Shown: one piece after another, positions 38,593 to 50,102 of the stretch
How the letters are laid out: each line of letters opens with the position of its first letter
How positions within the stretch are numbered: the first letter of the stretch is position 1
From: Trichosphaerium sp. ATCC 40318
Taxonomy: Eukaryota; Protista; Tubulinea
DNA: 64,000 nt
NCBI GenBank assembly: GCA_038496445.1
Contig: JALMLS010000585.1
Coordinates: forward strand, 372,001 to 436,000
Reading direction: 5' to 3'
The notes under the pieces: generated by a model
What the model saw: the letters and a program-made list of their open reading frames with translations, nothing else
Databases searched by the model: none
What the model was told of the DNA's origin: nothing
Translations under genes and position numbers: made by a program

Positions 38593-38840
38593 GTTGTGTT
38601 TAGTGGTTTCAAAATTTTTTCTGTATTTGCTTTGACTTTTTGACACTTCCGCTGGTTTCCCCGACGCAATAATTAATTAGCCGCACGGCCAATTTATTGC
38701 GAAAAAATGCCCGTGCAATTAAATCCAAAAATGACCCACGTCTAATAATCTTTTATGGATGCAATAAGTACAGCTGAAGGTACAAAAATCATAGCACTAT
38801 TAGGTAGTTTTCAATTAGTTGTTTACAGAGTACATAGTAA

Positions 38841-40673
38841 TTAGTTTGTTTGTGGGCGATTTGATCGTTTCGAATTTGATATGGAACCTGAGCTAGTGCT
38901 TTTAGAACTCTTAATTGGTCGTATTAGCCATAGCTGAACCTATATAACGTGCTTAGATCTACTAATGTTTAAAACTATTGAGTGAAGCGTACTGCATCAA
39001 GGCATGTGCTGAAGGTAAAGTACAAGTACCAAAAAATCACATAGCCTTTAGGCTTTGTCAAAAGTGAAGTCCGACTTAATGCTGTGAACACCACAACAAA
39101 AAACAAGGCGAGTAAAAGCCCCACCATTCGAACGAGAATCTATTCGGGTACTTGTGTTAGTACAAAGTCTATTACAGTATTATAAGTAAGAAGAACATGC
39201 CTTTTTAGTTATTTTTCGGTTTTCATCATCGTCACCTGAACCTCGTTGAACTCTTATCAATACGGTACATGTAATCACAATACTGTATACAAGGGTAACG
39301 CAAATTATAATTATCTGTTTCAAAGATAAGTAAGAGACCATAGCGATGAGTGAGCACCTGTAATGCCACTGAAAGATACTGTAATATCACGATTTCAGAA
39401 AGGAATCTTCCGAAAAGAACAAATAGCAGTGATATCAAAAACAATACAATGTATATGTAGAATACATATTGAAGCTTCTCTAAACAGTTACGGACTTTTA
39501 AATCCTTCTTGGTTAGTGCTTGATGCCAGAATAACGCAACAAGCAACGAACACGAAAAACTACGAAAAAAATAAGAAACTACTCAATTTCTGGTGTTTGT
39601 ATGAACGCACGTGAAAGCGTTGCTAACAAATATAGCCATTCCAGTTATATAATATGGATAAACCTTCAAGTATCCAACAGGATCAATTGCTGTAAGTGAG
39701 TTCTAAGTCAGAATAGAGTATAAAACTTGATAGAACTCCGTACCATGAAACCCAAGTCTAGTCGTAATGGCCATAAACTCTAGCCACAATACCACATTTA
39801 CTATATTCAAACCGCAAAGACTACCATTTTCTAAGGCCACTGTGTATAACCTGCATAAAAATAATGTCAGCACATATAGTTACTTTAAACCCAAAACTGC
39901 ACCTGTAAAGCGCGAATATCAGAACAGCTATATTTAGTCCGAGTATTGATACTTGCCAAATAATCATCCAACTGCTTGAGAAAGTATCTCTCCACATATT
40001 CGAATCTGGTGACGCTATCACATCAACAATTCCAGCTGAAACTAAGTCTTGATAATTAAAGTCGTCTTCGTCTATATCAGCGACTGGCACCTAATATTAT
40101 AAGTACATGGCATGATGCTGTAGAACGAGCCACTTCTTTTATATCAACCACGTGTTGTAACGTTACTATCCAAAAAAGAAATAAAAAGCAAAAACTGCAC
40201 CAAAAATAAACTCCTAAAACAATAATCACGTGCCTTCACATTGCCTGTTAAACTATTCAAATATTCTTTACGTCCAGGAGAAGCTTCAATAAAAAACACG
40301 CCAATAGCTCCCATATCTTGAAAATCGACGATTTGTTGCGAAACTCTAACACTGGCTTCTTCAACAAGCACAATATTACCTAATTTTGAGGTAAATTAAC
40401 GATGCCAAACTTGGCTTTTTTTTCATAATTTGCGTCTGACGTAAATTCGTTCGAGGCTCAAAAAACCGTACCTGACACGTTTTTAGATGACTCTGGCACG
40501 AGTTTTACATTATGGAAATTCCATGTTATAGTATTTACTCCAATTTTGATGCCTATTAGTGGTACTGATATTGTATTTCCATTCAAAGTTGTTTGAAGCG
40601 TTCCATGAGTTTGGGAAATACACAACAAAAAACAAGCCAAAACTAGCAAAGTAGGAGTATTGTTGACTCTCAT
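38841..40673 (-). CDS. PA-domain-like ectodomain plus multi-pass membrane protein
   Basis: Signal peptide, GNIVLV...FQDMGAIGVFF...VPVADI (protease-associated domain pattern), several hydrophobic helices and a Ser-rich tail. Confidence 0.6.
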
Positions 40674-40892
40674 GTAAGTCTCTGTAAGTTCCGGAGTTGC
40701 TGGATGTATTAGGAGCTTAATGTGTTAACAAACAACCACAAAGATTGCCTAAGTTATCCCTGAGATCCTCATATCCGGAGTGTGCGACTGTTGTTGACTA
40801 AGTGGCTTTTTTTATTGTTCAACTCACGTGTTAGAAAACGCTTGCTCATTGAAACTCTGTATCAAAGTCGCTGCAAATGGATTACAAACTGT

Positions 40893-43313
40893 TTAACAAA
40901 GTTTTGCTTTTGCATCAAGCAGTACAGCAAAACCGTAACTTGATGGATTCGCTACAATTGGTATGGCATCACTGCTTTTATGACCGGATAGATCAGGTAG
41001 TTTCCCATCTTTAAACTCAAGTATTTTACCATTAAGCATTGTTTTCTTCGACCTTATGTTACCTCCAGGAGCGCCGAACCAATACTCCACACGTGGTGTA
41101 AAAGCTTAAAAAACAGTAAGCAAAGAAGAAGTTCTCTCTTCAAAGATTTTTTTTCGACTTTTTCTTCTCACCTTCTACGCCTTCAATGTGGAATTCAAAA
41201 GTTTCAGTTTCACTCAAATTAATGATAGCCAGTGCTACCTAAAACAAGTATATGAGTTATATCAGAAGCGGAGGTTAAGGCTACAACGTACTTGACCATT
41301 TCCATCAGAAGAACAATGTGCGTATATCCTAACATCTTGAGATGTATTGTATGTCACAGAGAGGACATTATCACCCATCAAATGCTTCCAAAGGTATGCC
41401 GTATAATAATCTATTATAAATTAATTAACATACCAAATACATAATTCACAACTTACCTGGGTTGGGTTCAAACGTCGTTTTATTGAGAAGCTCATACCTT
41501 AACAAGGAAAAAACTTAACAAACTTGTTTTTGGTTGTGTTCAGCGTACCATCCTCCAACAAGTGTCTGACGACAAAATCCTGTATGTCCATTACTCGCTA
41601 AAGCGCCAAGGGCATTCAGATAGTAGAATCCTGAAGAAAACGTGTTTGTTGTGTTATCTTGACCGCTTGAAAAAAAGGGTCAAATACAAAATATAAAGCT
41701 GAAGTTTTCTGGACACAAACATATTCTGTGTACCTATCATATGCTGCAGCACCTTCTCCAAGCCAAACTTGTGCTTTTTTATCGTATTGGCGTATCAAAG
41801 AATATACTTGTTGAGCAGTATCATTCGATTTGTCTACAAAACTGGCTGTATGAATTTCATTGTGCAAGTTTGGATTTCCACCAGCTCCCTTATTCAATTG
41901 TTATTTACAAGTTTGAGACTATATTTACAATTGATTAAAGTGGTTCTTACGTTATATTTATGGTACGTGTAAACATCAGTGATACCGACAGTAAGTTTCA
42001 CATACTCTTCCAACCTAGAAAAAACAAAACAAATCAGAAGAAGGGAAACAAACTAAAACCAGTGAGAGTTTGCAACAGAATAGAAATCCTAGTGACGCCC
42101 TCCGTATGATGATGTAGTGTAATCGTAGTGGTAAAATATTGCGTACCAAGGCTGGTCGAAACCATCATCGGGAGCAATGATCAATGGCCTAAAATAGTCA
42201 ATCGGTTTGCTCTAAGAAATAATGGTTCACCTTGTACTTTCTTCTGGCCAATACTTCGCAAGAAGACCTGATGTTTTTTATTAGTTTACTACTCTTTTCG
42301 AGAATAGTTTTTGAGCTTGCCTTTTAATGCTTTTGCGTCCGCGGCACAATCTTGTGGTGTCAGGTCATGGTTTAATTCGTTTCCAATCTCAAACCCTTGA
42401 TAGTGTATCAACACTTTTGAGTTTTCTATTAAACCTTGTACCATAAATTGTATCGAAGTGTTGAGCTGCTGTGTAGTTAAGAAAAGCTTCAGCATTACTT
42501 GTATCCCAAGGTTCGCCAGATTTCCGATTGTTATACGCGACAAGCAGCTTTTGCAAAGTCATTCACTTGATGCCAACGCGTCATATTAAAGCAATGACCT
42601 TCGCAAGAAATCAACGAAGATAACTCCAAACAGCATTCTCTTTGAGAAAAAAACAAAAACAAGAAACAATCACGTGATCGCCTTGTTTACAACTCACGAG
42701 GATAAAATACGTACCAGCTGTACATTTCTCGTGGTTATCACCTACTTCGTAGATAATAAAGTCGGAGAGACTTCCTCCTATGTAGACGCGCTGGGGATAG
42801 GTTTTTTGCTAAAAGATTCAAATTTGGGTTGTTCAAGTCTATATTCAGCAATCCAGCGTTTCCCCATCCAGGCTACAAGCTTAGTGTTTTAGTGAAATGA
42901 ACACGTGAGTAAGGGGGAAAAGCTTCTTTTAGTCACGTAAGGTTCGCTTTCGGCAGTGTTGTTTAATACGCGACAAGTGCTATGAAAAAAAAAAAGACGA
43001 TTTGAGTTACAACACGTGTTTGAAAAGTTTTCGTGGTTTTCTTTTTTGTTTTGGCGTTACAACGCTTATTTGTGAAATAACAAGGAGCCTTTTACGTACG
43101 TCACCACGAGGCCACCAATCAAAGTTAAATGATAAGAAAGATTTTGATATCTGGTACGCTACACTACCTACTGTATCAATTTTGAGAACAACCTAATTTG
43201 AAACGTTAGTGAATGTGGTTTAAATCGATTTAAAAAAAAGATGACACTCTTACTGGTGTATAACTGAGGACATATACACAAAAGCATAACAACAAGATGC
43301 TTCGCACAGTCAT
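40893..43313 (-). CDS. Glycoside hydrolase family 79 (heparanase / beta-glucuronidase-like)
   Basis: Signal peptide plus SFNFDWWP, FEIGNEL (acid/base), VWLGEGAAAY (nucleophile), FCRQTLVGG, PNPDYY and YAHC motifs. Confidence 0.9.
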
Positions 43314-43552
43314 TTTTCGAAACCATGACAAAAAGTATCCAAAGTCAAGATAATTAAACAGTATCGAAGTTTTATTATGATCTTTGTGACTTAGACCTTG
43401 GACTATTTATATGTGATTTTACCGAGTGTTTAGTTAATAACCAACCAAACGCTCACTATGTACATTCCAGTGTACTTGTAAGACAGCTGAAGTACCTACA
43501 AAGACTTAACGAAGTTCCTCCAAGGAACACTTAATTTGTATTAACAATAGTA

Positions 43553-44139
43553 ATGGAACCACCACAACTACCAGAAGGTTGGAGAGTCATCTACAAAGAA
43601 GACGACCAAGCAGAAATAGCTGGCTACATGGATGAAAACAATGTTTTTAGAAAAACCTTACCAGAAATGCAAAGGCTACAGTATCGTGTTAAGTTACTGG
43701 AGGAAAGACTAAACAAGATAGAACAACAAAACTTGTTATCATCGTGGAAAACTCACAAGCAGGACTTTCCTATACCTAATGGAACTACTGCAACATACGA
43801 CATGTCAGGCACGTGATTTAGATAGGCCATAAAACACCTTTCAAACTTATGATGTTAGGCATTCCAGAGCATGCCAAGGAAGTGCTAGTGTATATACGTT
43901 TCGTTTCTGGTAGTGCTGGGACTAACAATAACCCAACCTTTAAAGTGTATACTAAGCATGGAAATAAGGAATATTCGTTCACGATGGGTTGTAAATGCTA
44001 CCCAAATCAAAACGCATGGTCCTTTAACAGCGAACATTTCTGGCTACCAATCACTCCAGATAAAAAATTGCTTATCCATTGCGACCAACCTTATTCAGGT
44101 AATTCAAGCGGTAGCGCTCATATCACTGCATATAGATAG
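43553..44139 (+). CDS. Hypothetical protein (LPxGW start, short coiled coil, beta-rich C-terminal domain)
   Basis: Two ORFs joined in frame by a 50-nt GC-AG intron at 43809-43858. Confidence 0.7.
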
Positions 44140-44297
44140 CTTCGATGTACGCGAAACTGTACAACTTTGAAAAAGTAAACAAGCTTTATTGAAAAATCCA
44201 ATACTTTATGAATTATAACCAGCTACCTCATATGTATAATGTAGAAGTTTTATAAAATACAAGCTAATGCTATAACATTCTAGACTTTACTGCGCCA

Positions 44298-45408
44298 CTA
44301 AGTTCTTTTGGTAGTTTTTTTGGTTGCCTTTTTGGTCGTCTTTTTTGTTGTCTTTTTTTTCTTTGTTGACTTTTGACTTTCTTCCCATGCTTCAACATCA
44401 TCCAAATCTTTGTCTAAAATTTTTACAGTTCCTTTGCATTGAGGATAATCTGAACAACCCCAAAACTTACCAAATTTACCATTGCGAAGCTTCATTGTCT
44501 CATCACAATTGGGACATTCAGGAGGAGAAAATCCTGTAGTTTTTGTTGTCTGTTTTTTTCTTTTCTTTTTCTTCGCTGGTTCTACATCATCTGAATTAAC
44601 CTCCCGTTTCCTCTACAAAAAATCAGTGATTACCATACAATTATAGAAGTTTGCAAACAGACCTTCGTCGTCTTTTTTTTCGCAACGGAAGATTTGTCTT
44701 GAGATGCATGAAAGTTACAGTAATCTTTACCATCCGCAAGTCTTCTTGCTGCAAGTTGGAACTTTGTAGGTTCTTCTCCTCTCTTTTCCCAATCCATAGA
44801 AGTAATTTTACATTGTGAACCCGCTTTTGTGGTTCCTTTACACTGCTTCTTCTCGATAGCTTTCGTTGACTCTGAACCAAAAAATCAACAAAAAACTTGG
44901 AATAACAATAAAATATAAGAGAAAGTCTTGAAATCACGTGATAACCACTTTGAGTACACACCGACGCAACAAGACGCGCAATATACGTACTTTTTGCTTT
45001 TTCTACCTTTTCTTGTAAGCCAACAGGCAAATCGTCCCAACCTTCAAAATCCTCAACGTCTATATCTTCGTGACCTTTATGCTGTTTTTGTTTTCGGGAA
45101 AAATCAGTAAACTTATCCTTAACCATCTAAAAGTTAACGTACAAGCCAAAAACAGCGTGAATGGAACCATGCATATCCAGCAAAGTGATCTAGAATCGCT
45201 TTAATAAACAAACAGCTATTTTTTTTGTTTACATCACCTGAATCCCATCCCTTGCCTAATCTTACGCCTTTACAAACCTCTTTACATATTCTACACTTCG
45301 CTCTACCACCGCCACCCTCAATCTAAACGTTTGTTAGCCACGCAAGTCACTAGCGCATTTGACCTTAAGACTCTCTGCTTCATGTTCCCACCATGCAGTG
45401 TAGCTCAT
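44298..45408 (-). CDS. PARP-type zinc finger + Lys-rich linker + topoisomerase-type C4 zinc ribbon protein
   Basis: GRAKCRICK...WFHSRCF...EGWDDL (zf-PARP) and CPNCDETMKLRNGKFGKFWGCSDYPQC (TopA-type ribbon). Confidence 0.8.
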
Positions 45409-45663
45409 GATGTATTGTGTTTTGAATAAACAACGCGGGAAACTGACTTTTGTTGTACACTTTCATTGAATCTTCAAAATCTAGATGGCAAAGTCGAGTT
45501 TTTGACCAATAACACATGTAAAAACAATCTGTTCCCACACTGTCTCTACTACAAATGTAGCTGTGTCACAAAGATCCATGAGCACTAGCAATTTCATTTC
45601 AATATGCAAATTGACAGAAAGATTGTGCCGTAAAGTAATGGAATTCAATATTGATTACACACT

Positions 45664-45800
45664 ATGTACCAGACTGACAAGTGGTTTGACAAGGAGCTGG
45701 ACCCAGGGCTTGGAGACAACTATATGTTGCCTGCTTTAAGCCAGACTACAAATGGAGCTCAATGAAACAAGACTGAAATATTAATTGACCACGAAAATAG
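45664..45800 (+). repeat. About 130-bp dispersed repeat, copy 2
   Basis: Similarity to 35737-35866. Confidence 0.75.
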
Positions 45801-45854
45801 AATTTGATAGATTACTTTTGTGACTAAACTGTTTATTTGGTGTACTTGCGCTCA

Positions 45855-46609
45855 CTACAGTACTCTTTCCCATTTTAATCCCAATTGTTCAACATAGTCT
45901 TTCTGAATCTGATTAAATCCTCTAAACACTGTGATCATCACTGACGTAAGTGACGTCATGTGCTTCAAGCAATCACCTGTAAGCACTCCAGCACAAAATG
46001 TAAGTTCAAGAACCTCAAGATTTACAAAGTGTTCTAAACTTGCATCAGTGATATCACTGCAAAAATTAAGGATAAGTTGTTTGATATTCGTCAGTGATTT
46101 GAGTCCAATAGCTTTGTAAAATATAACAACAGTATGGACATTGCGAAGGTGTTTGAGAAATGATTCTGTTTCAGGGGTGATGGTGATTTTGTGAACATCT
46201 TTAAGAACTGCAGCCCATTCATCTGTTACATTACACCGAGTAATCCCAATAGTGTGTACATCTTTCAGTTCTTTTATTCCTTTAATAGTAACATGATAGC
46301 AGGAAGCAAGTTTGATTGTGAACCCTTTAACGAAACATCTGTTATGTCCCACTAAATTACTAATGCACCTGAATCGATGTTGAACTTGCAAGCCAGTCAG
46401 GTGTCATGCCATACCGCCGAAGTTTATGACAATCTGATAGAGTAATTTAAATTACCACGAATGATGTCGTTGAAGAGAGGAGATACCGCCGAAGTGATTA
46501 TACGGTCTTTTCTGCCTAAGTAACGCAAAATATGCGTTAGCGTCTCCGCTGGTAACTCATATATGTCTTGTGTAACTCCGCGTATGTGGTTTAGATGCTT
46601 TGATGACAT
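45855..46609 (-). CDS. F-box + leucine-rich repeat protein
   Basis: ELPAETLTHILRYL F-box, then LKDVHTIGITRCNVTD-type repeats. One short intron. Confidence 0.75.
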
Positions 46610-46908
46610 TAAATTCGCTTTACTAGTTTACAATGGCTACACAATTATTTCTTTTACAATCAACTAAAGTCAAGATTTTGATACTGTGTTACAGTGACAT
46701 CTTAAACGCGCCCGTAACAAGGAAAAGACGAACCAACAAGTTTGTACGGAGAGGTGGCTGTTAGAGGGTCGGTTTGGGATAAAGATAACAAGTCGTCAAT
46801 TTGTAAGTCCACGTGATTTATTTATTTAATTGGTTTGACCACTGTTACAGCAACAGTCAGGGCAACCATTGGCGCTCACAATCGCCTCTGAACTTTTTTA
46901 CGCGCTGT

Positions 46909-46975
46909 TAGAGATGGCAGAAATACCGGACCGAAACGCAAAAGACCGGTCCGTAAACGGTCCAAACGGTCCGCT
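46909..46975 (+). mobile_element. Solo hAT-like transposon terminus
   Basis: TAGAGATGGC TIR-like start followed by clustered (AAA)CGGTCC/GGACCG subterminal motifs in a locally GC-rich patch. No partner end was seen. Confidence 0.4.
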
Positions 46976-47384
46976 GTCAAAGGGAGTACTTTTTTAAGGT
47001 TCCCCCGGTGTTGAAATGATGTGACGTGAAAAATCGCTATTTTGTGTTAGCGATAGTTTTGAAGACCTCGTGCTACTCTGCTATATTAGTTTGTGTCGTA
47101 TAAGGTTCCACCTCACTTTGACAGCAAGTGTGTTAATACCTTATAATCTGCAACATTTATGCTTATTGTAAGAACATTAAGTCACGTGTTTGCTACAAAT
47201 CTGTAAAAATAAAGGGCTTCGACCAAATGAGAGCTGCCAGTATTTTCTTAATGACAACGTAGTCCCATGTACCCTGGATGTAATTTATTTTGTTTTCGTG
47301 AGGTAGACGTTTATATATCAGTGCTCTTTTTTTTATTTACAAGTGAAAATCTTTACATGTTTTTTTGTTTCTTTTCCAAATCTA

Positions 47385-49768
47385 TCACAAAGGTTCTTGA
47401 AACTTACTATAATATTGGAACCCATATAGTATAAGAAGCATTGGTTGGCCTTAATAAAAAAATTAACAAAAGCATTATTACTTTGTCCATACTACAGCTC
47501 AAAAAAAAAGTTTGTTTGACAATTGAAGAATAAATCATTCATGTACAAAAAAAAGCATTATTGGGCTTACCAAATACACAAAATGTAAGCCAGAACATTA
47601 TATTTCCTGTTTGAGATCCTTTATAGTACATACTAAAGTTGTATGATAGTCAGGAGCAATAAAACTCTGAAAAGTAGAACAAAAAATGTAGGCCAAGTTT
47701 CAGACTTCGTACTCGCTAATGATTATGAACGGCACTTGGAAGAGCATCCCCAAGAAGAACCATGTATTCATTTTACCTAAGGGTACACTAACAAGCAACT
47801 TGTTATCAAAAGAATTAGTATGAAGAATTGACAACAGTATAATAAAACTAGGATGGTACCTCATGGAAAATCGCCGAAATTAAAAAAACAGAAAGGCTCG
47901 CAACCAATCGACTGTACCTGAGCAATCATAAGTACGACTACTAAACAACCTTCAACAATACCCTTTTTTAAGCATCATTTTAAACACATGGCGTCTGAGC
48001 CAGTGATGAACTGGTAAGTTCCATTTCTTCCTAAACGTGAAAAAAGTAAGAAAAATATCGAAAGGCAAACTCGTTTTGTCTGTGCGAATATGTTGATGAA
48101 TAATTATCATACCAGTACTCCCCCATTGTTGTACTATTCCACCAATCGCTGTAAAACATTCTATCACCAAAAAAGAGTAACTCTCCGAGTACATTCGGTA
48201 ATAAATGAAACAGGATATAAAACATCAGTAGCCAAGAGTAAACACTTGGAATCTTGAGAAAAAAAATAAGTCACGTGATCAACAACAATGAATGAAAGTA
48301 ATTGAACGTTAATAGTACCACTAATGTGAAGTAATCTTGTATGGCACTTGTATATTTTCTTTGATGTACGCTAGCAACACAATGTTCAATGGTTGGAAGC
48401 AAATATTGATGTGCCATAATCACAAGAAGAATTAAAAAGAACACCTAGAGGTTGACATTAACACGTGTCATAATATACATTGCTTACCAATTGAGCAACC
48501 TTACCAAGAAGCCATGACCTACGTAGAAAAAATAATAAGCCTCTTAAATGTCATTTCAAAATAAGAAGCTGCGAAATGTCACAATGTGTCACTCGACATT
48601 TGACAATTTGGTTTATTTAGACGTACCATCGTCTTTTTTTAACCATAGGAAATTTTTCCTGGTAAGTGAGTGTAGGCACAAGAAGAAAGTAAGCCAGATC
48701 TTAAGCATGTCAGACAATAAGAAACCAACAATTAAAAATAAAAAGACGTACTTTGCACAGTAATATTTTTGGGATATTCTGTAGGCTCATTCACAGGTTT
48801 CTTCTTATCTATCCAGTTAATTAAATATTTTCACAATACAAACACTTCCATACCTTGATACTCTCTCTTTAACCGTAGTTCACTATTAACCAAAACATAG
48901 CTACCAACAGATGTCAACAAAAAAGAAAGAAATTCAAAAAAACTCAAAAAAAGCAAAAGCTTTAAAGCCACGCGCTGCTACTATAACCGTTGTAAACAAA
49001 CGTGACTTTGAACAAGTATTGAAAATCTCGTTATATTTGTTGACAACAAAATAATACACCACGTGTTCAGGATATACCACCAAATGAAGAAGTTTTTCTT
49101 TTTTTTTCGTACCTTACTAATTTCATTTGCAAGACAACACAGTTTGAAATACAAAGAAAACTCGACAGTGGTAAGCATTTAGGATCTGCTTGATTTGATG
49201 CAGGACAAGTACGGGTTAATATGAGAATAACACTTAACGCTAGAGTGCATATAAAGTTCGTATAGTGAAGAAACATCCCAAATCTAAGCGAAACGGTTAT
49301 TTGTTAATTTTTGTCAAATTTCTCTTTTAAACGAACCCAGGATCGCATTGTTTTCGTGCCATAGCGCGTTCAATTGTATACGTAAGCACTAGACATACTG
49401 CAAGCACTATTTAAGTGAGATTGATTGGAATTTTTATCAATAAAGTCAGGATGTACCTCCAAACCCTTTAGATAGAACCATAGTATCGAAATACTGAAGA
49501 TAGTCGTTATTAATGAACACCAAGCCATATTTATCAATATTTTCAACTACCAACCGCATATTTGACCAAATCTACGCCAAACGTTAGCTTTCGCAAGGGT
49601 TAATGTCGTTCTGTAGCGTACGAGGATTATAGCGCATAGATTAATAAAACCTCTAAAGTTCTGTTTTTTAGAAGCGCTGGTGAGTAAGGAGGGGTCTGTC
49701 CGAGTATGAACAGGCTCGCTGTGTACCCATCGGTAAACTGACGTTTTAGAACTCTTTGTACTCTCCAT
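47385..49768 (-). CDS. DGAT1: Diacylglycerol O-acyltransferase 1 / sterol O-acyltransferase (MBOAT)
   Basis: SLLTS...NFRGFINL, FGDRMFYSDWWNS, WNLPVHHWLRRH, SAIFHE and GNIMFW motifs over many exons. Confidence 0.9.
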
Positions 49769-50102
49769 TACACAAAATGCGCGTATAAATAGCGTAAATG
49801 AGTATTTACAGGATGATCGAACTAGAATTGCAGGTGCAAATAAGCAACCTTCGCTTAAACCAAGCTTAAAAGTACTTGAATATGCTCATGGTGGGTAACG
49901 CTGATAACGGTTTTTCGATCACACTTCAGCCAACGCTTAAATAACTTAGAACTGAAGCTCTTATACACTATGCGTAAATAAAGTCATACAACTCCAATCG
50001 TAAGGCAATGTTAAAATTGTTTTATGATACAAGATAAATACAACTATTTTTTTTACATTTCATAGTTTTGTAGTAGAACATATGTTCTATGACTGTTTCT
50101 TG

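Noticed and set aside
45127-45142. Possible 16-nt micro-intron (GTACGTTAACTTTTAG)
   Set aside because: A normal 61-nt intron from the same donor to the CAG at 45082 has a good branch site and gives a better zf-PARP sequence (CFWLHKGHEDI).
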